Virus record (IMG/VR): IMGVR_UViG_3300014838_001974
Coordinates: 1-59,432 of that record
DNA from: a virus
Taxonomy: Duplodnaviria; Caudoviricetes
Strand: one strand, 5' to 3'
DNA: 59,432 bases
Shown here: piece by piece, positions 9,446 to 19,300 of the stretch
Layout: the number at the start of each line of letters is the position of its first letter
Position numbering within the stretch: the first letter of the stretch is position 1
Notes under the pieces: generated by a model
Database searches by the model: none
What the model was told of the DNA's origin: nothing
The model's input: the letters and a program-made list of their open reading frames with translations, nothing else
Translations under genes and position numbers: made by a program

Positions 9446-9949
9446 CTAATGATCAATTCGAACGTGGCTGGACAGGATCAACATCAGGTCGCGCGGCGTG
9501 ACGTGATGGAACGGCACCGTCAGCGGCCACCGGAAGATCTCGCACTTGGGCGCGCGCAGCCCGTCCGTCATCAGCGCCGAACAGATGATGTGGTCGAGCA
9601 GATGCGTATGCAGATCCGGCGCCACGAAGCCGAAGATCGATTGCCAGTCGTAGGGCTCGCCGATCTTCGCCTGCAGAAAAGCGTAGAACGCCGCTTCCTG
9701 CTCCGGCGTGCACGGCAGCGGGACGATGCGTTCTGACAGGGATCCGTCGGGCAATGTCAGCAATTCGCCGGCATCGTATCCGACCGGCCGCGCCAGCACG
9801 CCGCCGTCGAAATGCGCGCCGATATAGAACTTGCCGTCCGGCGTCAGCGCCTCGGCATGGCTCGGCGTGAACGGCATCGAGACGCCGGCCTGCATCCGGA
9901 TCAGTTTCGACGCGAAGTCGTTTCCGGTAACGAAGCGAATACGGATCAT
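9446..9949 (-). CDS. Permuted papain-like NlpC/P60 (YiiX/YebB-like) enzyme
   Basis: Start MIRIRFVTG; His motif PSHAE, then KIGEPYDW, then C-terminal ICSAL, the catalytic order of permuted NlpC/P60 proteins. Confidence 0.7.
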   Translation of the reverse strand: MIRIRFVTGNDFASKLIRMQAGVSMPFTPSHAEALTPDGKFYIGAHFDGGVLARPVGYDAGELLTLPDGSLSERIVPLPCTPEQEAAFYAFLQAKIGEPYDWQSIFGFVAPDLHTHLLDHIICSALMTDGLRAPKCEIFRWPLTVPFHHVTPRDLMLILSSHVRIDH

Positions 9950-10143
9950 GATGCTTCCTTGAACTTGACATTGGCCATGGCGATCGCGCGGGCATGGAAC
10001 GCCTTCACCCGATCGAAGCCGAGCGCGAGCTGCTGGTCTTTTTCCGAGTCCGGCAGATCCGTCGCAAACACGTTGCGAAATTCGGTCTTGACGGTTTCGA
10101 TCGCCTCTTCGTCGATCGCCTTGATGACATCGCCGAGCTTCAC
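9946..10143 (-). CDS. Hypothetical protein
   Basis: Short ORF with a GTG start overlapping the upstream stop; its own stop overlaps the next ATG. Confidence 0.5.
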   Translation of the reverse strand: MKLGDVIKAIDEEAIETVKTEFRNVFATDLPDSEKDQQLALGFDRVKAFHARAIAMANVKFKEAS

Positions 10144-10292
10144 GGAAGCGCCGCCTTCCAGATGCAGCGCACATACATGATGCCGATCGCCTCGCATCGA
10201 TCGTGCGGCGCGCGCGGGCGATGATGCCGCGGATGCGCGAGAGCGCTCCCGGCAAGCAGCACCAGCAGCCCGATCGCGATCAGGCCGCGCAC
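10140..10292 (-). CDS. Small exported protein (50 aa)
   Basis: GTG start: MRGLIAIGLLVLLAGSALA-HPRHHRPR..C..C; fills the gap between coupled genes. Confidence 0.5.
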   Translation of the reverse strand: MRGLIAIGLLVLLAGSALAHPRHHRPRAPHDRCEAIGIMYVRCIWKAALP

Positions 10293-11002
10293 GCGACCCA
10301 GTCCGCCTTCAGCTCGTCGAACGTGCCGGCATAGCTGTTGATGTCGACGCCGCGGGTGATGATTCCGGGCAGCGTGTGCGGCACCGGCCCGATGCCGTCG
10401 CCGGTGAACTGCCACAGCGTCGGCCGGGCCCAGGGCAGCTGGTGCCCGTTGCTGTCGGTCATGCGGGCGCGCGGTCCGTACTGGCATAGCCAGAATTTTC
10501 GTTTCGCAAAGGTCGCGCGCACCTCGGCCGAGGCGTTGCCGATCAATTCCTTGATGCGGTTGCCGCTGTAGAGCCACAGCAGCCGGCCGAGCTTCTCGTC
10601 GGCGAGCTGCAGGAACTGCACCGCTTCCGACAGCGTCATCTGGCTTTGCCGGTTGTCCTCGAAATCCAGCGCGAGCATGGTCTGCGCGTCGGGCTGCGCC
10701 GCGTCGAAGAAATGATTGACCTGACCGGGAATCGTATCGCCGGTGTTGAAGTGATAGCCGGCCGTCAGCAGCCCGGCGGCCCTCGCATTTTTGCTGCGCG
10801 ACGCGTAGGCCGGATCGTGCTCGCCGATGCCTTGCGTGGCCTTGTGGATCAGGCCCCAGATCCCGGCCTGCTTCAGCACGGCGAAATCCGCCACCGGATC
10901 GGTGCGGTGCACGTCGCTGACCATGATGTCGCCGTGGTAGATATCGACCACGCGCGGGGTGACGGGCATGGCGGGAGCGCCCGCGGAAACGGTATCGGTC
11001 AT
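10280..11002 (-). CDS. Endolysin, glycoside hydrolase family 25 lysozyme
   Basis: VDIYHGD, IHKATQG, GYHF, ALDFED (DxE), WLCQY, LWQFT and VDIN motifs. Confidence 0.9.
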   Translation of the reverse strand: MTDTVSAGAPAMPVTPRVVDIYHGDIMVSDVHRTDPVADFAVLKQAGIWGLIHKATQGIGEHDPAYASRSKNARAAGLLTAGYHFNTGDTIPGQVNHFFDAAQPDAQTMLALDFEDNRQSQMTLSEAVQFLQLADEKLGRLLWLYSGNRIKELIGNASAEVRATFAKRKFWLCQYGPRARMTDSNGHQLPWARPTLWQFTGDGIGPVPHTLPGIITRGVDINSYAGTFDELKADWVACAA

Positions 11003-11037
11003 GGGGAAAATCTCCGGAGTATGGTAGGTTGAATGTG

Positions 11038-11114
11038 TCGAGAGTAGCTCAAGGAGTAGAGCACCCGCATCGGTAGCGGGTGATCCACGTGCAAATCGTG
11101 GCCTCTTCCCACCA
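11038..11114 (+). tRNA. Degenerate tRNA-like element with CGG anticodon (Pro), possibly a pseudo-tRNA
   Basis: TA-GCTC-AAGGAGTA-GAGC D arm; CCCGC-ATCGGTA-GCGGG anticodon arm; CCACG-TGCAAAT-CGTGG T arm; 3' ACCA. The acceptor stem pairs only partly (GAGAG/CTCTT). Confidence 0.6.
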
Positions 11115-11119
11115 GCCGG

Positions 11120-12040
11120 TTAATGCGTGTTGAGATACGCTTCGATCTGCGCCTTGGCGATGCCGGCAGCCTGCGTCATGCCGGCGCCGTTGTAATCCGT
11201 TCCCGGCGAGCCGATGCGATTGCCGGCGGGGATCACGTCGAAATTCCCGAGTGAGAAGGTCGTCACGTTGTCCACAAGACCGGCTTGCGCCGCCGTGATG
11301 GCCGAGCACGTTGTTCCGAGCTGATAGGATGCCTGCGCGATGAAGACGATCAGGCCGGAAATGATCGCGCGCCAGGTGGCTATTTCGCTCGCCTTCGTCG
11401 TGGCATAGGCGGACTGCGAAGTCCCGGCCGCACAATCATCTTCGCCTTGATGCGTCAAACCAAAGAGCCGCGTGGGCGAGATCCCCATCGCCAGATAGCG
11501 CCGGGCGGCAACTCCGATGCGATGGTTCAGATATCCACCAGCTGCCCAATCGGCAGACTTGGTGCCTCCGACGCCGATGGTCTCGATAATGACGCGGTCG
11601 GCATAGTTGTCGGTAATCAGGGCGTCCGCGAGCTGTGTCGACCAGGCGCCGCCGCCAACGCCGCAGCCAAGTAGCGGCTCGACGGCTTGATAAACGGCCC
11701 CGTTGTCCACGCTGAGATTTTGGACAACGGTGGGGTGCGCCGGCGTAAAGAGAGACCCCGTTGCCGCGCATTCGCTGTTCGACTGTCCCCACACGAGAAG
11801 CACGATGGTGCGCTGCCCGACCCCGAGAACGGGAGACACCATGGTCCGTCCCGCCGTGTTCGTGAGGTCGTTGGGATTTCCATGCGGCGTCAGATTGTTG
11901 AGGATGTAAGGGTCTACATTGCTGAGACCGAACGAATGGCCGGGAATCTGCGGCAACGCCGGGCTGCTGGCGAAAAGCGCCAGGGCCAGGAAAGCCAGGA
12001 TTGCGCGTTTCACGATCGCGCCGCGGCCAAGCGAGCGCAT
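11120..12040 (-). CDS. SGNH-fold sialate O-acetylesterase (SASA)-like protein, exported
   Basis: WGQSN, GVGGT and HQGEDD blocks; signal-like VKRAILAFLALALFASSPALP (alternative GTG start at 12013). Confidence 0.8.
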   Translation of the reverse strand: MRSLGRGAIVKRAILAFLALALFASSPALPQIPGHSFGLSNVDPYILNNLTPHGNPNDLTNTAGRTMVSPVLGVGQRTIVLLVWGQSNSECAATGSLFTPAHPTVVQNLSVDNGAVYQAVEPLLGCGVGGGAWSTQLADALITDNYADRVIIETIGVGGTKSADWAAGGYLNHRIGVAARRYLAMGISPTRLFGLTHQGEDDCAAGTSQSAYATTKASEIATWRAIISGLIVFIAQASYQLGTTCSAITAAQAGLVDNVTTFSLGNFDVIPAGNRIGSPGTDYNGAGMTQAAGIAKAQIEAYLNTH

Positions 12041-14229
12041 CAGTTCTGCACCACGCCCTGGATACCGGCCTGGGTCATGTGAGTTGTATTGGTGCCGAAC
12101 CAGATCGTCGTACCCGTGGCGGCGGAGTACTCTTTCCAGATCAGGATATGTCGTCCCTGCCCCGGATAACCGGCATATAGAGCGGACAACCCGACGGGAT
12201 CGCCGGCCGGCGATGCGCCGATCGAGCCCAGGCCGACCGTGAGGCCTGTCGTGACGAGGGTATCAAGATCAATGCCGACACCGAACAGGACGGTGCCGGA
12301 AGAATTACTGGCAGAACCGGCGACATTGGCGGATACGAGCCCGCCTGGCAGAGCCTGCAGAAGGTCGAGTTGGTTGGCGCTGTTGGCATGCGCCTGCTCG
12401 AACGCCGCCGTCGTGTAGGTCCATGATACCGCCGGATCGGTGACCTGCATGGTGCGAGGCGTCGCGTTGTAGATATTGGAGACCCAGCGAAACGCCTGGG
12501 TGTCCATCAGCAGCGACGATGCGTTGGACCGAACAGCACCGACAATGATCCCGCGATTTGCCGCCGGGCCGTTGGTGATGGCCCACTTGTTGGTCGGCAG
12601 CGGCGTCGTGTAGTCGACCTCGGCCGTACCCGAGCCGGTGCCTGGCGAGGTGTCTGACGCCCATGCATAAGTTCGTGTGGCGCGGAGCGTGCCTGAATCG
12701 TTCCAGACCACGATGAAATAGACGGAGTTCGCAGCAACCGCTGCCGGGCTCTTGGTGGTGTCCGTCGTCGCCTGCGACAGCTGCGTGAACACCGTCGGGA
12801 TCAGGTTGGTCCCGTCGTAGATCAGGCAGATGTTGCCGACGGCTGGCGTGTAAAAAAGCGTCGCGGCGCCGGCGACGTCCGTCGTCGTAATGGCGACGCC
12901 GCTGGTAAGCGTCAGCCGCCCCTGCGGGGCGGAATACGACGTGAGCGCGCCGGTCTGGCCGTTCAGCGACGTGACGCCGCTGCCGACCGAGCTCGACAAC
13001 GCGCTCGGCGTGCAGCTCTTGATGGTTCCGGTTGTATGATCGACGCACGGAAGCAGGTCGAGTGTCGAACTCGGAGAGGGCAGCGCCGTCAGGCCTGCCA
13101 GCGTGAAATCGGTTCTCGCCGCCGCGGAGCCCGTCGGGTTGCCGGTGAATACCGCGCCGGCGCCGGTGTTGTTGAGCATCGCGAGCGTGACGATGCCCGG
13201 CCCGGTGGTGAACTGTCCGGCCGCAATGGCGCCGGTGAGATCGGAAAAGCCGGGTTGCGCGCAAACCGGAACGCCGAGGATCGAGATCGTATTGAGCCAC
13301 AGGTGGGTGGCGCAGGTGATCGACTCGACGCCGCCGATGACGCTCGCCGACGCCGGCTGCAGATTGAGATTGGCACCGCTGTTCGCAAGTCCGGTGCCGG
13401 CATTCTGGGTCGCGACATTGCCGAGCCCGAGATTGCCGCGCGCGGTGGCAGCGCTTGCGATGTCCGAAAGATTGTTCGGTCCCAGCAGCGCCGTGCCGGT
13501 GTTGTAGGCGCGCCGCCATTGCGTCGCCGCCAGGTCGTACTCGTAGGCGACATCGCGGCCCGGTCCGACGGTGTCGGTCGAGGTGCCCGCCGACATCACC
13601 GTGCCGGCGCCGGCCGTGATGGTCAGGGTCGCGCTGGCATCGACATTGGCGACGACGATGCGCGTCCCGTTGACCATTCCCGTGGCGGACGACGCCGGGA
13701 AGGTGTCCGACATCGCCGAGCCGGAATTGGAGCGGCGGGTTTTCTTGAAAAGGTCCGCGGTCGCAAAGGTCTTGCTGGCGCCGGTGACGGTCTGCGGCGG
13801 CAGCACTTGCTCGAGCGTGCCGGTGCCGGGATTGAGCACGCTGATGCCGGGCGAGAGCAGCGCGCCGCCCGAATACGACGTCCAGGCGAAGGTGGACGTG
13901 TTCAGCGTCCCGAACTCGCTCCAGTGCACGCCGTCCGCGGTATAGGAAAACACCCACGGATTGCTGGAGGTGTTGATCCAGCACTCGCCGGGGAAGGCAG
14001 CCCCTCCGGTCCCGTTGGTCGGCGCGCTGTTGCCGCCGTTGCAGGATCCGACCGAGAGGAAGGCTGAATTGAGGAACGCCGCCAGCCCCGTCATCGGCAA
14101 GGGCGGCCCCGGCGTCACCAGCGTCGCCTGCGTGGCGAGTACGGGCGACACCAGCGCCAGCCAAAGCGCCGCGATCCGGAACAGCCGGCGCGCCACGGCG
14201 AAGCCTCTTGGCGAAGCCTGGTTGATCAT
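12040..14229 (-). CDS. Tail fibre protein with N-terminal signal peptide
   Basis: NNLSDIASAATARGNLGLGNVATQN fibre motif, VTSLNGQTGA and PQGRLTLTSG motifs; position after the tail tip; leader RRLFRIAALWLALVSPVLA. Confidence 0.8.
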   Translation of the reverse strand: MINQASPRGFAVARRLFRIAALWLALVSPVLATQATLVTPGPPLPMTGLAAFLNSAFLSVGSCNGGNSAPTNGTGGAAFPGECWINTSSNPWVFSYTADGVHWSEFGTLNTSTFAWTSYSGGALLSPGISVLNPGTGTLEQVLPPQTVTGASKTFATADLFKKTRRSNSGSAMSDTFPASSATGMVNGTRIVVANVDASATLTITAGAGTVMSAGTSTDTVGPGRDVAYEYDLAATQWRRAYNTGTALLGPNNLSDIASAATARGNLGLGNVATQNAGTGLANSGANLNLQPASASVIGGVESITCATHLWLNTISILGVPVCAQPGFSDLTGAIAAGQFTTGPGIVTLAMLNNTGAGAVFTGNPTGSAAARTDFTLAGLTALPSPSSTLDLLPCVDHTTGTIKSCTPSALSSSVGSGVTSLNGQTGALTSYSAPQGRLTLTSGVAITTTDVAGAATLFYTPAVGNICLIYDGTNLIPTVFTQLSQATTDTTKSPAAVAANSVYFIVVWNDSGTLRATRTYAWASDTSPGTGSGTAEVDYTTPLPTNKWAITNGPAANRGIIVGAVRSNASSLLMDTQAFRWVSNIYNATPRTMQVTDPAVSWTYTTAAFEQAHANSANQLDLLQALPGGLVSANVAGSASNSSGTVLFGVGIDLDTLVTTGLTVGLGSIGASPAGDPVGLSALYAGYPGQGRHILIWKEYSAATGTTIWFGTNTTHMTQAGIQGVVQN

Positions 14230-14250
14230 GGTGGACGTTTCCAAGGAGCT

Positions 14251-15792
14251 TCAGGCGGCCTGACGCCGGCGATCGGCGACGGGCGCGGCGAAATCGTCAT
14301 TCGCCGCCAAGGACGACGACGGATACGAAGGCGCCTCATTCATCGCCAGCACCCGGATCATGCAGTTGGCGGTCAAGGTCGGCTGTGTCGTCCTTACCGG
14401 CGTCGGCGACGCGGCCGTGTTGTTCGATGTGACGGCGATCGGATTGGACCCGGTGAACGACGACGTGTAGCCGACCGAAGCGGACGAATTCGAAATCGGA
14501 GCGACGTTGCCGCCGGTGCCGGTGCCGACGCCGCCCCATCCCGTCGTGTTGAAGGGCACGTATTGGGCCGCGCTGCCGCCGGGATTGACCGAGATATTGT
14601 TGGCTCCGTTCGACGTGATCGACGGAATGTTGCCGCTGGAACCGGCCACGAGTTGCGTGCTCTGACTGCCGCCGCTGGCGCCGAGCGCGTTCGGATTGGT
14701 CCCGAAATAGGTCGATGTCAGATTGCCGGCCGGCGTGCCGCTCATGTTGGGACGGCCTGCCAGCACCACGCCCTGGCACTGCGGCAGATTGAACGTGGTC
14801 GAGCCGTCGCCGTTGCCGTTCGGAAAGATCGTCACGTTCGCCGTGCCGCTCGAGGTGGCGTTGATCGCCATCGTGCAGGTGGTCGGGGTGCAGGAGAGGA
14901 TCGTGTCGGACGCCGGAACGCCGGAGCCCTCGATCGCCGCGCCGGTCGGGATTTGGGTCGTATCGGTGAAACCGGTCAGTGTCGGCGAACCGGTCGTTCG
15001 CGTGACGGATTGCGTGATCGTGGTGCCGGTCAGGAGCGCGGCATAGGTCGTCCGCGAGACCGCCTGCCCGTAGGAAAACAGATATTTCGCCGAAGGCGGC
15101 GCGGTCAGGCTCGTCATGATGTAGTCGCCGACGTCGATCGACGGATTGATCAGCGCGCCGCCCGAGGCCGGCGTGTAGCTCGCGACCTGCCAGTTGCCGC
15201 TTCCCAGCGAAACCAGCGTCGCCTGGTCACCGGGCACCGTCGGGGAGATATTGTTGGCGCCGGGAATGATCAGGCTGGTCGCATTGTAGGTCAGGATCAG
15301 CGCGCCCGAAAACGTCACCAGCTTGACCACGCCGGCGGGACAGGTCGCACCAAAACTGGTGATGGTGGTGGTGCCGGAAATGGTCAGGTAATTGCGCGGG
15401 GTCGAGCAGAGATCGACCGTCGAGGCGCTGGCAAGCGTGGCGGCGCCGCCACCGATCTGCACGTTCCAGGCGTGCGCCGTGGGATCGAGCCAACCGATCG
15501 CGGGCCAGTTCGAGCTGCCGTCGTTCATTCCCAGCGGATAAGGCGCCGAGGTCAGGTTGAGCCACCAGTTGCCGAGCGACGCCGAGCCGGAAAGCTGGTT
15601 GGTGGGCGCGGTCGCGCCGGAGTTGGCGGTATTGAGTGAATCCAGCGCGGAATTGTAATTGTTGGTGAGCTGCAGGCCGCTGACCGTGCCGGTGGTCGGC
15701 GACAGCAGCGCATTCTGCGACGCCCAGGATGGCGCGATCTGCGCCAGCACCAGGACGGCCGAAAGCAACAGCGCGTTCAGACGATCGAGCAT
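14251..15792 (-). CDS. Tail fibre protein with phage tail-collar domain, signal peptide and SsrA-like C-terminal extension
   Basis: Collar motif YGQAVSRTTYAALL...GNGDGSTTFNLP and terminal QPTLTANCMIRV; start MLDRLNALLLSAVLVLAQIAPSWA. Confidence 0.85.
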   Translation of the reverse strand: MLDRLNALLLSAVLVLAQIAPSWASQNALLSPTTGTVSGLQLTNNYNSALDSLNTANSGATAPTNQLSGSASLGNWWLNLTSAPYPLGMNDGSSNWPAIGWLDPTAHAWNVQIGGGAATLASASTVDLCSTPRNYLTISGTTTITSFGATCPAGVVKLVTFSGALILTYNATSLIIPGANNISPTVPGDQATLVSLGSGNWQVASYTPASGGALINPSIDVGDYIMTSLTAPPSAKYLFSYGQAVSRTTYAALLTGTTITQSVTRTTGSPTLTGFTDTTQIPTGAAIEGSGVPASDTILSCTPTTCTMAINATSSGTANVTIFPNGNGDGSTTFNLPQCQGVVLAGRPNMSGTPAGNLTSTYFGTNPNALGASGGSQSTQLVAGSSGNIPSITSNGANNISVNPGGSAAQYVPFNTTGWGGVGTGTGGNVAPISNSSASVGYTSSFTGSNPIAVTSNNTAASPTPVRTTQPTLTANCMIRVLAMNEAPSYPSSSLAANDDFAAPVADRRRQAA

Positions 15793-15823
15793 CGTTGGTG
15801 GTCCTGTTGATGAATGGATGGTT

Positions 15824-16354
15824 TCAGCGGGCTTGCGGCGGATGCTTGCCGATGATGATCGAGACATAGCCCGGTGGGCTTGCCCCGTTGACGATCTCGG
15901 GTGCCAGCCGGCCGTTCGTCGCTTTTTTCAGCATCGCGATCGCCTGCTCCGCCGCCGGGCGGTCGAACGGGTTGACCGTGATGCCGATGCCATAGCCGAG
16001 CGGCCCGACCGCATGATCGAGGCCGCTGGAGATTCCAGCCCCTTCAAGCGCGTCGTCGATATCGGAGGCGAGTTCGCTGCAACTGGCATCGTTGCAGACG
16101 ATGTCGAATTTGACGCCTTTGGGCAGCGTCTTGCCGACGTCGGTGATCGCGGATTTTTCTTCCTCGCTCAAGGATGGCCAGGCGTGTTTCAGGAACGCCG
16201 GCGAATCCGACATTTTAGCCGCCATGCGCAATTCAAAGACCATCTCCTGCAGGATGCGGATGCGCTGGTGATCCGTCATCGGATGCTTGTGCCGGGCCAG
16301 CGCCGGCGAGACGGCCAGCGCCAGCGCCATCGCGGCCATGATGCAGCGTTTCAT
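15824..16354 (-). CDS. Exported hypothetical protein
   Basis: Signal peptide MKRCIMAAMALALAVSPALA; contains a CxxxxC pair. Confidence 0.7.
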   Translation of the reverse strand: MKRCIMAAMALALAVSPALARHKHPMTDHQRIRILQEMVFELRMAAKMSDSPAFLKHAWPSLSEEEKSAITDVGKTLPKGVKFDIVCNDASCSELASDIDDALEGAGISSGLDHAVGPLGYGIGITVNPFDRPAAEQAIAMLKKATNGRLAPEIVNGASPPGYVSIIIGKHPPQAR

Positions 16355-16357
16355 TTT

Positions 16358-19300
16358 CTAATATCCTTCCACGGTCATGCTCAGGCTTCGCACCACCCGC
16401 ACCCCGCTGTTGACGACTTCGAAGGTGATCGACGACAGCGACAGCGACGAGATCAGGAGATCGTCGCCGGCCTGGGCGTTGACGATGCCCCATTGCACCA
16501 CCGGCAGGCCGGACGGGCCGGCCCCGCCATTGAAGGGCGCGGTGGCGGAAGCGCCAGTCGGCTCGAAAGTGATGGTGGTGTTGGCCGACGAAGAGGTCGT
16601 CACCGCGTAGGTATCGATCCGCGGCGGGATGGTGATGGTGATGACGAATTCGAGGTTGTAGGCGATGGTCAGCGGATCGACGGTCTCCAGCAGCATCGCG
16701 AAGTTGATGGCGCGCGCCTGATAGGTGCCCGGCGAGAAGCGCTGGAAGCCATTCCAGTTGTAATCGGCCGACGTGTAGAGATCCGGATACTGGTAGAGGT
16801 CTCCGAGCGAATAGAGATCGCCGCCGGTCGCGGTCGCGGTGTTGATCAGCGGATAGACCGTGATGTATTGCGTCGACGCCGAGCCGAGAATGTCCGGCGT
16901 GTTGAGAAAATCTCCGATCGCGAGGATGTTCTGTCCGACCGGAACGCCGGTCGGCTGGTACTGGATCGAGATCGACGCGTTGGCGACATAGCCGATGTCG
17001 AGGAACGCCGCGTCGCTCGGAAAATACTCGCCCGAAATGCCGCCGCCATATTCCAGGATATCCGTGGTGCCGAGGATGCTGGAATCGGTCAGGATGTTGC
17101 CGCCGCCGGTGCGGATGGCGTTGATGGCGTTGTCGACGCCGGCGCCGCCGCTGAAGGCGCCGGGCCAGTTGTCGGCCTTGAGGTCGACGGTCAGCACCAC
17201 GTTTTGCGTGATCACCGCGCCGGCGACCGCGATATCCTCCCAGGCTTCCGAATAGACCGTCAGGCCCGGAACCGGTGTTGCGACCGCGGCGACCCAATAG
17301 GTGCCGTTGCCCGGCACCCGGAACGGCGGATGCGCCACCTGCCCCAATGAAAGCGCCGAGGCGAACGACGTTCCGGTGCGCACCTCGTATTTGAAGGCGC
17401 GGAAGTCCGTAATGTCGTCCCAGTCGAGTTCGGTGAAGCCGGCATTGACGTCGAACACGGTGCGCAGATTGGTGATGCTGGGCAGCGGCGAGGCCAGCGC
17501 CGAGCCGGTGATCGCGTAGGTGTAGGGCGTGCAGTCCGCGAGGCTTTGCTGACCTCCCTGATAGATGTTGAAGGACTGGAATTTAAGATAAAGCGTCGCC
17601 CCGATCCGGCCCTGGTCGTAGGCGAAGGCGAAGATGTTGCCGTCGAGCCGCGCGAACGGCGTGCCGACCGGATGGCTGGCGATCTCGGATTCGGTGCCAT
17701 AGGCGCCGCGCACCAGATAGGTCAGGTTGTAGGCCTTGGCTCCCGTCAGGGTGGCTGTGGCGTAGGAAAGAATCTCGCCGCCGAGATAGAAGGCGGTGTT
17801 CAGCGCCAGCGCGTCGCCCTGCGTTCCGGACGACAAGGTCGCTCCGCTTTCCGCGACGTTGACCGAAACGGCGTTCTGCGTGTCGATGGTCTGCTGGCCG
17901 GTCGGATTCGCCGCAACCGCCGGCGTGACCGCTGACGTGACACCCATCCGTGACGGGCCGATGATCTCGCCGACGCGCTGATAGTTCTCCCCGTCATAGC
18001 TGGCCCAGACGAAGCAGCCGCCCCAGGTCTGCAGATCCTGCCCCGAAACCGCGCCCCAGATCTGCAAACCGCCCAGCGCGTTGGTCTGGTTCAGTTCGTC
18101 CGTGGGCTCGAAGATGATCGGCGCGTTAACCGGCCCCGGCGCCACGTTGTAGTTGATCACGGCGCCGGCGGTCGGCTGCGTCCCGTAGGTCGGCGCCGAC
18201 ACCGTGCCGAGATATTCCTCGGCCGTGACGGTGATCGAGAAGTCGGAATTCTCCTGGATCTCGATGATGCGGGCGGGCTGTTCGAAGAACCCCTGCCCCT
18301 CATCGGTCACCGTGACCAGCGCCATCAGCTCGAGGATGAGCATGAAGTGCCGGCCGCAGGTGAACTGGAACGTTCGCGCGATCTGCTGGCGCACCAGCTG
18401 CAGCATCGCCGATTGCTGCGCGGCGCCGGCGAGGCAGAAGAAGTGGTACTGCTTGATGTCGCTCGGCCGGGTGCGGCCGAAGGCGATGATCGAGGCCTCA
18501 TCCTTGACCTCGATATCGACCGGATTATAGGAGTTCGGGCGATCGAGATATTCGACCTTGACGACGTTGTTCATCTGATCGCGCGAGGTGCGCACGCAGA
18601 TCAGCGGCGAATTGTTGACGGCCAGCCCCGAGCCGATGGTGCCCTGGTTCGCAAGAAAATCGTCGAGCGTGAAATCGTACAGCGGCGTGGTGTTCGGATA
18701 ATACGATGCCGCCGCGGCGTAGTCGTAGCTGATCAGGACTTCCTGGTTGATGTCCCCCGGATTGAAATAATAGACCCCGCCCTGCTCGTAGTACTGGCCC
18801 TGCGCCGGGCTTCCGCTGGTGGCGTAGCCCGTCGGCTCATAGGTCGTGACTTTGGTCAGCGGCGCTCCGCTCGAATAGGTGACCCCGCCGTCACCCGCGA
18901 ACAGCGCATAGAAGCTGACTTCGATCAGCGGCCAGTAAAGCGGATTCCCTTGCGAATCGACGCCGTTCTGATCGGCCGGGACGTCATGCGTTTCCGTGAT
19001 CGACCGCACCTGGCCCGCGGTCACCGCGGCGTCCCCATAGGGAACCACGGTGAATTGCCCGTCCTGCCAGCACGGCGCCGAATTGGTGGCGTCGGTCAAG
19101 TCGTTGACGAACGAGGACGCCGCCACGCTCGAGGCGATCACCGGCGAAACCACCAGGCCGAGCGCGAGGCAGTAGCTCTGCCATTGTGCGAACGAGCCGA
19201 GCCGGGACACCGGGAATCCCAGGCCGTAATACGGATTGGTCAGGAACGAGGTCAGCGCGACCGAAGCGTCCCCGTCCGGCTGGCCGGCGATGGCGGTCGC

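Noticed and set aside
14251-14310. A tmRNA gene or fragment (integration scar)
   Set aside because: Only the encoded peptide resembles the tag; no tRNA-like domain or other tmRNA structure was recognised around it.
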